Notes under the pieces: model-generated
The model's database searches: none
Seen by the model: only the letters and a program-made list of their open reading frames with translations
Told to the model about the DNA's origin: nothing
Assembly (NCBI GenBank): GCA_051362555.1
Contig: CM120640.1
Location: 30,523,967 to 30,587,966, forward strand
DNA: 64,000 nt
Direction of reading: 5' to 3'
Origin: Lingula anatina
Taxonomy: Eukaryota; Animalia; Brachiopoda
In this document: positions 22,724-38,502 of the stretch, piece by piece
Numbering within the stretch: the first letter of the stretch is position 1
Layout of the letters: every line of letters starts with the position of its first letter
Translations under genes and position numbers: made by a program

Positions 22724-25700
22724 TTAAACGTTAATAATTTTGTCAAATCTGGTCCAATATTTCTGAAATTTGAACAAATGATGCTTAACAACTATAAAAA
22801 TCAGTGATAAGCTGATCAGTTGTCTGTGTCTAATGAAAAGTGTTTTTTTGGACGACATATTTGGGAAAACTGAAAATTACATTGAAAAGACTGGCAAAAC
22901 CCAGACCTTAAAATAGTTAAACATTAATAATTTTGTCAAATCTTGTGGAATATTCCTGAAATTTGTACAAATGATGCTTAACAATAATAAAAATCTGTGA
23001 TAAGCTGATCAGTTGTCTGTTTCTAATGAAAAGTTTTTTTAGGACAATATATTTGCGAAAACCAAAAATTACATTGAAAATACTGGGAATTCGCAGGACT
23101 TGAAATAGTTAAACGTTAATAATTTTGTCAAATCTGGTTCAATATATCTGCAATTTGTACAAATGATGCTTAACAATAATAAAAATCTGTGATAAGCTGA
23201 TCAGTTGTCTGTTTCTAATGAAAAGTTTTTTTTAGGACAATATATTTGCGAAAACCAAAAATTACATTGAAAATACTGGGAATTCGCAGGACTTGAAATA
23301 GTTAAACGTTAATAATTTTGTCAAATCTGGTTCAATATATCTGCAATTTGTACAAATGATGCTTGACAACAATAAAAATTAGTGATAAGCTGATCAGTTG
23401 TCTGTGACTAATGAAAAATGTTTTTTTGGACAACATATTTGGGAAAACTGAAAATTACATTGAAAAGACTGGGAAAACCCAGACCTTAAAATAGTTAAAC
23501 ATTAATAATTTTGTCAAATCTTGTGAAATATTTCTGAAATTTGTACAAATAATGCTTAACAACAATAAAAATCTGTGATAAGCTGATAATTGTCTGTGTC
23601 TAATGAAAAGTGTTTTTTTGGACAACATATTTGGGAAAACTGAAAATTACATGAAAAAGACTGAGAATTTGCAGGACTTGAAATAGTTAAACATTAATAA
23701 TTTTGTCTAATCTAGTCCAATATTTCTGAAATTTGTGCAAATGATGCTTAACTATAATTAAAATCTGTGAGAAGCTGATCAGTTGTCTGTGTGTAATGAA
23801 AAGTGTTTTTTGGGACAATATATTTGCGAAAACCAAAAATTACATTGAAAAGACTGGGAATTCGCAGGACTTGAAATAGTTAAACGTTAATAATTTTGTC
23901 AAATCTGGTTCAATATATCTGAAATTTGTACAAATGATGCTTAACAACAATAAAAATCAGTGATAAGCTGATCAGTTGTCTGTATTGAATGAAAAGAGTT
24001 TTTTTGGACAACATATTTGGGAAAACTGAAAATTACATTGAAAAGACTGGGAAAACCCAGAGCTTAAAATAGTTAAACATTAATAATTTTGTCAAGTCTT
24101 GTGGAAAATTTCTGAAATTTGTACAAATAATGCTTAACAACAATAAAAATCTGTGATAAGCTGATCAGTTGTCTGTGTCTAATGAAAAGTGTTTTTTTGG
24201 ACAACATATTTGGGAAAACTGAAAATTACATGAAAAAGACTGGGAATTTGCAGGACTTGAAATAGTTAAACGTTAATAATTTTGTCTAATCTAGTCCAAT
24301 ATTTCTGAAATTTGTACAAATGATGCTTAACTATAATTAAAATCTGTGATAAGCTGATCAGTTGTTTGTGTGTAATGAAAAGTGTTTTTTGGGACAACAA
24401 ATTTGGGAAAACTGAAAATTACATTGAAAAGACTGGCAAATCCCAGGCCTTAAAATAGTTAAACGTTAATAATTTTGTCAAATCTGGTTCAATATATCTG
24501 CAATTTGTACAAATGATGCTTGACAACAATAAAAATTAGTGATAAGCTGATCAGTTGTCTGTGTCTAATGAAAAGTTTTTTTTTTTGGGACAACATATTT
24601 GGGAAAACTGAAAATTACATTGAAAAGACAAGCAAAACCCAGACCTTAAAATAGTTAAACATTAATAATTTTGTCAAATCTTGTGGAATATTTCTGAAAT
24701 TTGTACAAATGATGCTTAACAGGAATAAAAATCTGTGATAAGCTGATCAGTTGTCAGTTTCTTATGAAAAGTTTTTTAGGACAATATATTTGCGAAAAAC
24801 CAAAAATTACATTGAAAAGACTGGCAAATCCCAGGCCTCAAAATAGTTAAATGTTAATAATTTTGTCAAATCTAGTCCAATATTTCTGAAATTTGTGCAA
24901 ATGATGCTTAACTATAATTAAAATCTGTGAGAAGCTGATCAGTTGTCTGTGTGTAATGAAAAGTGTTTTTTGGGACAATATATTTGCGAAAACCAAAAAT
25001 TACATTGAAAAGACTGGGAATTCGCAGGACTTGAAATAGTTAAACATTAATAATTTTGTCAAATCTTGTGGAATATTTCTGAAATTTGTACAAATGATGC
25101 TTAACAGGAATAAAAATCTGTGATAAGCTGATCAGTTGTCAGTTTCTTATGAAAAGTTTTTTAGGACAATATATTTGCGAAAAACCAAAAATTACATTGA
25201 AAAGACTGGCAAATCCCAGGCCTCAAAATAGTTAAATGTTAATAATTTTGTCAAATCTGGTTCAATATATCTGAAATTTGTACAAATGATGCTTAACAAC
25301 AATAAAAATCAGTGATAAGCTGATCAGTTGTCTGTATTGAATGAAAAGAGTTTTTTTGGACAACATATTTGGGAAAACTGAAAATTACATTGAAAAGACT
25401 GGGAAAACCCAGAGCTTAAAAGAGTTAAACATTAATAATTTTGTCAAATCTTGTGGAATATTCCTGAAATTTGTACAAATGATGCTTAACAATAATAAAA
25501 ATCTGTGATAAGCTGATCAGTTGTCTGTTTCTAATGAAAAGTTTTTTTTAGGACAATATATTTGCGAAAACCAAAAATTACATTGAAAATACTGGGAATT
25601 CGCAGGACTTGAAATAGTTAAACGTTAATAATTTTGTCAAATCTTGTCTTATATTTCTGAAATTTGTACAAATGATGCTTAACAACAATACAAATCTGTG

Positions 25701-26109
25701 ATAAGCTGATCAAATGTCTGTATTGAATGAAAAGTGTTTTTTGGGACAACAAATTTGGGAAAACTGAAAATTACATTGAAAAGACTGGTAAATCCCAGGC
25801 CTTAAAATAGTTAAACGTTAATAATTTTGTCAAATTTTGTCCTATATTTCTGAAATTTGTACAAATGATGCTTAACAAAAATAGAAATCTGAGAAAAGCT
25901 GATCAGTTGTTTGTATTGAATGAAAAGTGTTTTTTAGGACAATATATTTGTGAAAACCAAAAATTACATTGAAAAGACTGGCAAAACCCAGACCTCAAAT
26001 AGTTAAACATTAATAATTTTGTCAAATCTGCTGGAATATTTCTGAAATTTGTACAAATGATGCTTAACAATAATAAAAATCTGTGATAAGCTGATCAGTT
26101 ATCTGAGTC

Positions 26110-26572
26110 TTTTCTTTTAAGTGTCAAGTGTATGGAAAATTGATCATCAGAAGAGTGAGAATTAACCAAAACAAATATTTCAATATTGCAATGTATTATT
26201 TACTCTGAAAGTAAACAGCAAATGTGATGATTTGAGGTTGTTTGTGTAAGAGGTTGCAAATTACCTATAACTGTCATCTGGAAAACAATATATACCATAC
26301 AAGAGTTCTCCTTACTACCTCTGCAAGATGCAGATTAGTCCTTTCTGGAAGGGGTTGTTGTTATCACAATACTCAACAAGGCCCTAAATCTTGCCAAATA
26401 TCATGTATTGTACACATGGAGAAGACACAGTGCTACTCTTGGTGGTATCTTTCACTAACTGCTTTTTAAGCTTTTTCATGGTGAGGGTACTCTGAAACAA
26501 GAACAATATAACTGTAAGGACTGAAAATTACATTTGAAAAGAAAGACAAATTCGGTGACTTAATTAAAATAA
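26110..26572 (+). repeat. Spacer block copy 13 (A)
   Basis: Diagnostic A alleles. Confidence 0.95.
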
Positions 26573-27446
26573 TTAAACGTTAATAATTTTGTCAAATCTG
26601 GTCTAATATTTCTGAAATTTGTACAAATTATGCTTAACAACAATAGAAATCTGTGATAAGCTGATCAGTTGTTTGTATAGAATGAAAAGTGTTTTAAATA
26701 TATTTGCGAAAACTAAAAATTACATTGAAAAGACTGGGAATTCGCAGGACTTGAAATAGTTAAACATTAATAATTTTGTCAAATCAATTCCAATATTTAT
26801 GAAATTTGTACAAATGATGCTTAACAACAATAAAAATCTGTGATATGCTGATCAGTTGTCTGTGTGTAATAAAAAGTGTTTTTTGGGACAACAAATTTGG
26901 GAAAACTGAAAATTACATTGAAAAGACTGGTAAATCCCAGGCCTTAAAATAGTTAAACGTTAATAATTTTGTCAAATTTTGTCCTATATTTCTAAAATTT
27001 GTACAAATGATGCTTAACAACAATAGAAATCTGTGATAAGCTGATCAGTTGTCTGTATTGAATGAAAAGTGTTTTTTAGGACAATGTATTTGCGAAAAAC
27101 CAAAAATTACATTGAAAAGACTGGGAATTCGCAGGATTTGAAATAGTGAAACGTTAATAATTTTGTCAAATCTAGTCCAATATTTATGAAATTTGTACAA
27201 ATGATGCTTAACAACAATAAAAATCTGTGATAAGCTGATCAGTTGTCTGTGTCTAATGAAAAGTGTTTTTTGGGACAACATATTTGGGAAAACTGAAAAT
27301 TACATTGAAAAGACTGGCAAAACCCAGACCTCAAAATAGTTAAACGTTAATAATTTTGTCAAATCTGGTGGAATATTTCTGAAATTTGTACAAATGATGC
27401 TTAACAATAATAAAAATCTGTGATAAGCTGATCAGTTATCTGAGTC

Positions 27447-27910
27447 TTTTCTTTTAAGTGTCAAGTGTATGGGAAATTGATCATCAGAAGAGTGAGAATT
27501 AACCAAAACAAATATTTCAATATTGCAATGTATTATTTACTCTGAAAGTAAACAGCAAATGTGATGATTTGAGGTTGTTTGTGTAAGAGGTTGCAAATTA
27601 CCTATAACTGTCATCTGGAAAACATTATATACCCATACAAGAGTTCTCCTTACTACCTCTGCAAGATGCAGATTAGTTCTTTCTGGAAGGGGTTGTTGTT
27701 ATCACAATACTCAACAAGGCCCTAAATCTTGCCAAATATCATGTATTGTACACATGGAGAAGACACAGTGCTGCTCTTGGTGGTATCTTTCACTAACTGC
27801 TTTTTAAGCTTTTTCATGGTGAGGGTACTCTGAAACAAGAACAATATAACTGAAAGGACTGAAAATTACATTTGAAAAGAATGACAAATTCGGTGACTTA
27901 ATTAAAATAA
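27447..27910 (+). repeat. Spacer block copy 14 (B)
   Basis: Diagnostic B alleles. Confidence 0.95.
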
Positions 27911-30900
27911 TTAAACGTTAATAATTTTGTCAAATCTGGTCCAATATTTCTGAAATTTGAACAAATGATGCTTAACAACAATAAAAATCAGTGATAAGCT
28001 GATCAGTTGTCTGTGTGTAATGAAAAGTGTTTTTTGGGACAACAAATTTGGGAAAACTGAAAATTACATTGAAACGACTGGCAAATCCCAGGCCTTAAAA
28101 TAGTTAAACGTTAATAATTTTGTCAAATTTTGTCCTATATTCCTGAAATTTGTACACATGATGCTTAACAAAAATAGAAATCTGTGATAAGTTGACCAGT
28201 TGTCTGTATTGAATGAAAAGTGTTTTTTAGGACAATATATTTGCGAAAACCAAAAATTACATTGAAAAGACTGGGAATTCGCAGGACTTGAAATAGTTAA
28301 ACGTTAATAATTTTGTCAAATCTGGTTCAATATATCTGCAATTTGTACAAATGATGCTTGACAACAATAAAAATTAGTGATAAGCTGATCAGTTGTCTGT
28401 GACTAATGAAAAATGTTTTTTTGGACAACATATTTGGGAAAACTGAAAATTACATTGAAAAGACTGGGAAAACCCAGACCTTAAAATAGTTAAACATTAA
28501 TAATTTTGTCAAATCTTGTGAAATATTTCTGAAATTTGTACAAATAATGCTTAACAACAATAAAAATCTGTGATAAGCTGATCAATTGTCTGTGTCTAAT
28601 GAAAAGTGTTTTTTTGGACAACATATTTGGGAAAACTGAAAATTACATGAAAAAGACTGGGAATTTGCAGGACTTGAAATAGTTAAACATTAATAATTTT
28701 GTCTAATCTAGTCCAATATTTCTGAAATTTGTGCAAATGATGCTTAACTATAATTAAAATCTGTGAGAAGCTGATCAGTTGTCTGTGTGTAATGAAAAGT
28801 GTTTTTTGGGACAATATATTTGCGAAAACCAAAAATTACATTGAAAAGACTGGGAATTCGCAGGACTTGAAATAGTTAAACGTTAATAATTTTGTCAAAT
28901 CTGGTTCAATATATCTGAAATTTGTACAAATGATGCTTAACAACAATAAAAATCAGTGATAAGCTGATCAGTTGTCTGTATTGAATGAAAAGAGTTTTTT
29001 TGGACAACATATTTGGGAAAACTGAAAATTACATTGAAAAGACTGGGAAAACCCAGAGCTTAAAAGAGTTAAACATTAATAATTTTGTCAAATCTTGTGG
29101 AAAATTTCTGAAATTTGTACAAATAATGCTTAACAACAATAAAAATCTGTGATAAGCTGATCAGTTGTCTGTGTCTAATGAAAAGTGTTTTTTTGGACAA
29201 CATATTTGGGAAAACTGAAAATTACATGAAAAAGACTGGGAATTTGCAGGACTTGAAATAGTTAAACGTTAATAATTTTGTCTAATCTAGTCCAATATTT
29301 CTGAAATTTGTACAAATGATGCTTAACTATAATTAAAATCTGTGATAAGCTGATCAGTTGTTTGTGTGTAATGAAAAGTGTTTTTTGGGACAACAAATTT
29401 GGGAAAACTGAAAATTACATTGAAAAGACTGGCAAATCCCAGGCCTTAAAATAGTTAAACGTTAATAATTTTGTCAAATCTGGTTCAATATATCTGCAAT
29501 TTGTACAAATGATGCTTGACAACAATAAAAATTAGTGATAAGCTGATCAGTTGTCTGTGTCTAATGAAAAGTTTTTTTTTTTTGGGACAACATATTTGGG
29601 AAAACTGAAAATTACATTGAAAAGACAAGCAAAACCCAGACCTTAAAATAGTTAAACATTAATAATTTTGTCAAATCTTGTGGAATATTTCTGAAATTTG
29701 TACAAATGATGCTTAACAGGAATAAAAATCTGTGATAAGCTGATCAGTTGTCAGTTTCTTATGAAAAGTTTTTTAGGACAATATATTTGCGAAAAACCAA
29801 AAATTACATTGAAAAGACTGGCAAATCCCAGGCCTCAAAATAGTTAAATGTTAATAATTTTGTCAAATCTAGTCCAATATTTCTGAAATTTGTACAAATA
29901 ATGCTTAACTATAATTAAAATCTGTGATAAGCTGATCAGTTGTTTGTGTGTAATGAAAAGTGTTTTTTGGGACAACAAATTTGGGAAAACTGAAAATTAC
30001 ATTGAAAAGACTGGCAAATCCCAGGCCTTAAAATAGTTAAACGTTAATAATTTTGTCAAATTTTGTCCTATGTTTCTGAAATTTGTACAAATGATGCTTA
30101 ACAACAATAGAAATCTGTGATAAGCTGATCAGTTGTCTGTATTGAATGAAAAGTGTTTTTTAGGACAATATATTTGGGAAAACCAAAAATTACATTGAAA
30201 AGACTGGGAATTCGCAGGACTTGAAATAGTTAAACGTTAATCATTTTGTCAAATCTAGTCCAATATTTATGAAATTTGTACAAATGATGCTTAACAACAA
30301 TAAAAATCTGTGATAAGCTGATCAGTTGTCTGTGTCTAATGAAAAGTTTTTTTTTTTGGGACAACATATTTGGGAAAACTGAAAATTACATTGAAAAGAC
30401 AAGCAAAACCCAGACCTTAAAATAGTTAAACATTAATAATTTTGTCAAATCTTGTGGAATATTTCTGAAATTTGTACAAATGATGCTTAACAGGAATAAA
30501 AATCTGTGATAAGCTGATCAGTTGTCAGTTTCTTATGAAAAGTTTTTTAGGACAATATATTTGCGAAAAACCAAAAACTACATTGAAAAGACTGGCAAAT
30601 CCCAGGCCTCAAAATAGTTAAATGTTAATAATTTTGTCAAATCTAGTCCAATATTTCTGAAATTTGTGCAAATGATGCTTAACTATAATTAAAATCTGTG
30701 AGAAGCTGATCAGTTGTCTGTGTGTAATGAAAAGTGTTTTTTGGGACAATATATTTGCGAAAACCAAAAATTACATTGAAAAGACTGGGAATTCGCAGGA
30801 CTTGAAATAGTTAAACGTTAATAATTTTGTCAAATCTGGTTCAATATATCTGAAATTTGTACAAATGATGCTTAACAACAATAAAAATCAGTGATAAGCT

Positions 30901-32848
30901 GATCAGTTGTCTGTATTGAATGAAAAGAGTTTTTTTGGACAACATATTTGGGAAAACTGAAAATTACATTGAAAAGACTGGGAAAACCCAGAGCTTAAAA
31001 GAGTTAAACATTAATACTTTTGTCAAATCTTGTGGAAAATTTCTGAAATTTGTACAAATAATGCTTAACAACAATAAAAATCTGTGATAAGCTGATCAGT
31101 TGTCTGTGTCTAATGAAAAGTGTTTTTTTGGACAACATATTTGGGAAAACTGAAAATTACATGAAAAAGACTGGGAATTTGCAGGACTTGAAATAGTTAA
31201 ACGTTAATAATTTTGTCTAATCTAGTCCAATATTTCTGAAATTTGTACAAATGATGCTTAACTATAATTAAAATCTGTGATAAGCTGATCAGTTGTTTGT
31301 GTGTAATGAAAAGTGTTTTTTGGGACAACAAATTTGGGAAAACTGAAAATTACATTGAAAAGACTGGCAAATCCCAGGCCTTAAAATAGTTAAACGTTAA
31401 TAATTTTGTCAAATTTTGTCCTATGTTTCTGAAATACGTACAAATGATGCTTAACAACAATAGAAATCTGTGATAAGCTGATCAGTTGTCTGTATTGAAT
31501 GAAAAGTGTTTTTTAGGACAATATATTTGGGAAAACCAAAAATTACATTGAAAAGACTGGGAATTCGCAGGACTTGAAATAGTTAAACGTTAATAATTTT
31601 GTCAAATCTGGTCCAATATTTCTGAAATTTGTACAAATGATGCTTAACAACAATAAAAATCTGTGATAAGCTGATCAGTTGTCTGTGTCTAATGAAAAGT
31701 TTGTTTTTTTTGGGACAACATATTTGGGAAAACTGAAAATTACATTGAAAAGACAAGCAAAACCCAGACCTTAAAATAGTTAAACATTAATAATTTTGTC
31801 AAATCTTGTGGAATATTTCTGAAATTTGTACAAATGATGCTTAACAGGAATAAAAATCTGTGATAAGCTGATCAGTTGTCAGTTTCTTATGAAAAGTTTT
31901 TTAGGACAATATATTTGCGAAAAACCAAAAATTACATTGAAAAGACTGGCAAATCCCAGGCCTCAAAATAGTTAAATGTTAATAATTTTGTCAAATCTAG
32001 TCCAATATTTCTGAAATTTGTACAAATAATGCTTAACAACAATAAAAGTCTGTGATAAGCTGATCAGCTGTCTGTGTGTAATGAAAAGTGTTTTTTGGGA
32101 CAACATATTTGGGAAAACTGAAAATTACATTGAAAAGACTGGCAAAACCCAGACCTTAAAATAGTTAAACATTAATAATTTTGTCAAATCTTGTGGAATA
32201 TTTCTGAAATTTGTACAAATAATGCTTAACAACAATAAAAGTGTGTGATAAGCTGATCAGCTGTCTGTGTGTAATGAAAAGTGTTTTTTGGGACAACATA
32301 TTTGGGAAAACTGAATATTACATTGAAAAGACTGGGAATTCGCAGGACTTGAAATAGTTAAACGTTAATAATTTTGTCAAATCTTGTCCTATATTTCTGA
32401 AATTTGTACAAATGATGCTTAACAACAATAGAAATCTGTGATAAGCTGATCAGTTGTCTGTATTGAATGAAAAGTGTTTTTTAGGACAATATATTTGCGA
32501 AAACCAAAAATTACATTGAAAAGACTGGGAATTCGCAGGACTTGAAATAGTTAAACGTTAATAATTTTGTCAAATCTGGTCCAATATTTCTGAAATTTGT
32601 ACAAATGATGCTTAACAACAATAAAAATCTGTGATATGCTAAGCAGTTGTCTGTGTGTAATGAAAAGTGTTTTTTGGGACAACAAATTTGGGAAAACTGA
32701 AAATTACATTGAAAAGACTGGAAAACCCAGACCTCAAATAGTTAAACGTTAATAATTTTGTCAAATCTGGTGGAATATTTCTGAAATTTGTACAAATGAT
32801 GCTTAACAATAATAAAAATCTGTGATAAGCTGATCAGTTATCTGAGTC

Positions 32849-33311
32849 TTTTCTTTTAAGTGTCAAGTGTATGGGAAATTGATCATCAGAAGAGTGAGAA
32901 TTAACCAAAACAAATATTTCAATATTGCTATGTATTATTTACTCTGAAAGTAAACAGCAAATGTGATGATTTGAGGTTGTTTGTGTAAGAGGTTGCAAAT
33001 TACCTATAACTGTCATCTGGAAAACAATATATACCATACAAGAGTTCTCCTTACTACCTCTGCAAGATGCAGATTAGTCCTTTCTGGAAGGGGTTGTTGT
33101 TATCACAATACTCAACAAGGCCCTAAATCTTGCCAAATATCATGTATTGTACACATGGAGAAGACACAGTGCTACTCTTGGTGGTATCTTTCACTAACTG
33201 CTTTTTAAGCTTTTTCATGGTGAGGGTACTCTGAAACAAGAACAATATAACTGAAAGGACTGAAAATTACATTTCAAAAGAAAGACAAATTTGGTGACTT
33301 AATTAAAATAA
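32849..33311 (+). repeat. Spacer block copy 15 (C)
   Basis: Diagnostic C alleles. Confidence 0.95.
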
Positions 33312-34188
33312 TTAAACGTTAATAATTTTGTCAAATCTGGTCCAATATTTCTGAAATTTGAACAAATGATGCTAAACAACTATAAAAATCAGTGATAAGC
33401 TGATCAGTTGTCTGTGTCTAATGAAAAGTGCTTTTTTGGACAACATATTTGGGAAAACTGAAAATTACATTGATAAGACTGGCAAAACCCAGACCTTAAA
33501 ATAGTTAAACATTAATAATTTTGTCAAATCTTGTGGAATATTCCTGAAATTTGTACAAATGATGCTTAACAATAATAAAAATCTGTGATAAGCTGATCAG
33601 TTGTCTGTTTCTAATGAAAAGTTTTTTTAGGACAATATATTTGCGAAAACCAAAAATTACATTGAAAATACTGGGAATTCGCAGGACTTGAAATAGTTAA
33701 ACGTTAATAATTTTGTCAAATCTTGTCTTATATTTCTGAAATTTGTACAAATGATGCTTAACAACAATACAAATCTGTGATAAGCTGATCAAATGTCTGT
33801 ATTGAATGAAAAGTGTTTTTTGGGACAACAAATTTGGGAAAACTGAAAATTACATTGAAAAGACTGGTAAATCCCAGGCCTTAAAATAGTTAAACGTTAA
33901 TAATTTTGTCAAATTTTGTCCTATATTTCTGAAATTTGTACAAATGATGCTTAACAAAAATAGAAATCTGAGAAAAGCTGATCAGTTGTTTGTATTGAAT
34001 GAAAAGTGTTTTTTAGGACAATATATTTGTGAAAACCAAAAATTACATTGAAAAGACTGGCAAAACCCAGACCTCAAATAGTTAAACGTTAATAATTTTG
34101 TCAAATCTGGTGGAATATTTCTGAAATTTGTACAAATGATGCTTAACAATAATAAAAATCTGTGATAAGCTGATCAGTTATCTGAGTC

Positions 34189-34652
34189 TTTTCTTTTAAG
34201 TGTCAAGTGTATGGGAAATTGATCATCAGAAGAGTGAGAATTAACCAAAACAAATATTTCAATATTGCAATGTATTATTTACTCTGAAAGTAAACAGCAA
34301 ATGTGATGATTTGAGGTTGTTTGTGTAAGAGGTTGCAAATTACCTATAACTGTCATCTGGAAAACAATATATACCCATACAAGAGTTCTCCTTACTACCT
34401 CTGCAAGATGCAGATTAGTCCTTTCTGGAAGGGGTTGTTGTTATCACAATACTCAACAAGGCCCTAAATCTTGCCAAATATCATGTATTGTACACATGGA
34501 GAAGACACAGTGCTACTCTTTGTGGTATCTTTCACTAACTGCTTTTTAAGCTTTTTCATGGTGAGGGTACTCTGAAACAAGAACAATATAACTGAAAGGA
34601 CTGAAAATTACATTTGAAAAGAAAGACAAATTTGGTGACTTAATTAAAATAA
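34189..34652 (+). repeat. Spacer block copy 16 (D)
   Basis: Diagnostic D alleles. Confidence 0.95.
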
Positions 34653-37600
34653 TTAAACGTTAATAATTTTGTCAAATCTGGTCCAATATTTCTGAAATTT
34701 GAACAAATGATGCTTAACAACTATAAAAATCAGTGATAAGCTGATCAGTTGTCTGTGTCTAATGAAAAGTGTTTTTTTGGACGACATATTTGGGAAAACT
34801 GAAAATTACATTGAAAAGACTGGCAAAACCCAGACCTTAAAATAGTTAAACATTAATAATTTTGTCAAATCTTGTGGAATATTCCTGAAATTTGTACAAA
34901 TGATGCTTAACAATAATAAAAATCTGTGATAAGCTGATCAGTTGTCTGTTTCTAATGAAAAGTTTTTTTTAGGACAATATATTTGCGAAAACCAAAAATT
35001 ACATTGAAAATACTGGGAATTCGCAGGACTTGAAATAGTTAAACGTTAATAATTTTGTCAAATCTGGTTCAATATATCTGCAATTTGTACAAATGATGCT
35101 TAACAATAATAAAAATCTGTGATAAGCTGATCAGTTGTCTGTTTCTAATGAAAAGTTTTTTTTAGGACAATATATTTGCGAAAACCAAAAATTACATTGA
35201 AAATACTGGGAATTCGCAGGACTTGAAATAGTTAAACGTTAATAATTTTGTCAAATCTGGTTCAATATATCTGCAATTTGTACAAATGATGCTTGACAAC
35301 AATAAAAATTAGTGATAAGCTGATCAGTTGTCTGTGACTAATGAAAAATGTTTTTTTGGACAACATATTTGGGAAAACTGAAAATTACATTGAAAAGACT
35401 GGGAAAACCCAGACCTTAAAATAGTTAAACATTAATAATTTTGTCAAATCTTGTGAAATATTTCTGAAATTTGTACAAATAATGCTTAACAACAATAAAA
35501 ATCTGTGATAAGCTGATAATTGTCTGTGTCTAATGAAAAGTGTTTTTTTGGACAACATATTTGGGAAAACTGAAAATTACATGAAAAAGACTGAGAATTT
35601 GCAGGACTTGAAATAGTTAAACATTAATAATTTTGTCTAATCTAGTCCAATATTTCTGAAATTTGTGCAAATGATGCTTAACTATAATTAAAATCTGTGA
35701 GAAGCTGATCAGTTGTCTGTGTGTAATGAAAAGTGTTTTTTGGGACAATATATTTGCGAAAACCAAAAATTACATTGAAAATACTGGGAATTCGCAGGAC
35801 TTGAAATAGTTAAACGTTAATAATTTTGTCAAATCTGGTTCAATATATCTGAAATTTGTACAAATGATGCTTGACAACAATAAAAATTAGTGATAAGCTG
35901 ATCAGTTGTCTGTATTGAATGAAAAGAGTTTTTTTGGACAACATATTTGGGAAAACTGAAAATTACATTGAAAAGACTGGGAAAACCCAGAGCTTAAAAT
36001 AGTTAAACATTAATAATTTTGTCAAATCTTGTGGAAAATTTCTGAAATTTGTACAAATAATGCTTAACAACAATAAAAATCTGTGATAAGCTGATCAGTT
36101 GTCTGTGTCTAATGAAAAGTGTTTTTTTGGACAACATATTTGGGAAAACTGAAAATTACATGAAAAAGACTGGGAATTTGCAGGACTTGAAATAGTTAAA
36201 CGTTAATAATTTTGTCTAATCTAGTCCAATATTTCTGAAATTTGTACAAATGATGCTTAACTATAATTAAAATCTGTGATAAGCTGATCAGTTGTTTGTG
36301 TGTAATGAAAAGTGTTTTTTGGGACAACAAATTTGGGAAAACTGAAAATTACATTGAAAAGACTGGCAAATCCCAGGCCTTAAAATAGTTAAACGTTAAT
36401 AATTTTGTCAAATCTGGTTCAATATATCTGCAATTTGTACAAATGATGCTTGACAACAATAAAAATTAGTGATAAGCTGATCAGTTGTCTGTGTCTAATG
36501 AAAAGTTTTTTTTTTTGGGACAACATATTTGGGAAAACTGAAAATTACATTGAAAAGACAAGCAAAACCCAGACCTTAAAATAGTTAAACATTAATAATT
36601 TTGTCAAATCTTGTGGAATATTTCTGAAATTTGTACAAATGATGCTTAACAGGAATAAAAATCTGTGATAAGCTGATCAGTTGTCAGTTTCTTATGAAAA
36701 GTTTTTTAGGACAATATATTTGCGAAAAACCAAAAATTACATTGAAAAGACTGGCAAATCCCAGGCCTCAAAATAGTTAAATGTTAATAATTTTGTCAAA
36801 TCTAGTCCAATATTTCTGAAATTTGTGCAAATGATGCTTAACTATAATTAAAATCTGTGAGAAGCTGATCAGTTGTCTGTGTGTAATGAAAAGTGTTTTT
36901 TGGGACAATATATTTGCGAAAACCAAAAATTACATTGAAAAGACTGGGAATTCGCAGGACTTGAAATAGTTAAACATTAATAATTTTGTCAAATCTTGTG
37001 GAATATTTCTGAAATTTGTACAAATGATGCTTAACAGGAATAAAAATCTGTGATAAGCTGATCAGTTGTCAGTTTCTTATGAAAAGTTTTTTAGGACAAT
37101 ATATTTGCGAAAAACCAAAAATTACATTGAAAAGACTGGCAAATCCCAGGCCTCAAAATAGTTAAATGTTAATAATTTTGTCAAATCTGGTTCAATATAT
37201 CTGAAATTTGTACAAATGATGCTTAACAACAATAAAAATCAGTGATAAGCTGATCAGTTGTCTGTATTGAATGAAAAGAGTTTTTTTGGACAACATATTT
37301 GGGAAAACTGAAAATTACATTGAAAAGACTGGGAAAACCCAGAGCTTAAAAGAGTTAAACATTAATAATTTTGTCAAATCTTGTGGAATATTCCTGAAAT
37401 TTGTACAAATGATGCTTAACAATAATAAAAATCTGTGATAAGCTGATCAGTTGTCTGTTTCTAATGAAAAGTTTTTTTTAGGACAATATATTTGCGAAAA
37501 CCAAAAATTACATTGAAAATACTGGGAATTCGCAGGACTTGAAATAGTTAAACGTTAATAATTTTGTCAAATCTTGTCTTATATTTCTGAAATTTGTACA

Positions 37601-38039
37601 AATGATGCTTAACAACAATACAAATCTGTGATAAGCTGATCAAATGTCTGTATTGAATGAAAAGTGTTTTTTGGGACAACAAATTTGGGAAAACTGAAAA
37701 TTACATTGAAAAGACTGGTAAATCCCAGGCCTTAAAATAGTTAAACGTTAATAATTTTGTCAAATTTTGTCCTATATTTCTGAAATTTGTACAAATGATG
37801 CTTAACAAAAATAGAAATCTGAGAAAAGCTGATCAGTTGTTTGTATTGAATGAAAAGTGTTTTTTAGGACAATATATTTGTGAAAACCAAAAATTACATT
37901 GAAAAGACTGGCAAAACCCAGACCTCAAATAGTTAAACATTAATAATTTTGTCAAATCTGCTGGAATATTTCTGAAATTTGTACAAATGATGCTTAACAA
38001 TAATAAAAATCTGTGATAAGCTGATCAGTTATCTGAGTC

Positions 38040-38502
38040 TTTTCTTTTAAGTGTCAAGTGTATGGAAAATTGATCATCAGAAGAGTGAGAATTAACCAAA
38101 ACAAATATTTCAATATTGCAATGTATTATTTACTCTGAAAGTAAACAGCAAATGTGATGATTTGAGGTTGTTTGTGTAAGAGGTTGCAAATTACCTATAA
38201 CTGTCATCTGGAAAACAATATATACCATACAAGAGTTCTCCTTACTACCTCTGCAAGATGCAGATTAGTCCTTTCTGGAAGGGGTTGTTGTTATCACAAT
38301 ACTCAACAAGGCCCTAAATCTTGCCAAATATCATGTATTGTACACATGGAGAAGACACAGTGCTACTCTTGGTGGTATCTTTCACTAACTGCTTTTTAAG
38401 CTTTTTCATGGTGAGGGTACTCTGAAACAAGAACAATATAACTGAAAGGACTGAAAATTACATTTGAAAAGAAAGACAAATTCGGTGACTTAATTAAAAT
38501 AA
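38040..38502 (+). repeat. Spacer block copy 17 (A)
   Basis: Diagnostic A alleles. Confidence 0.95.
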
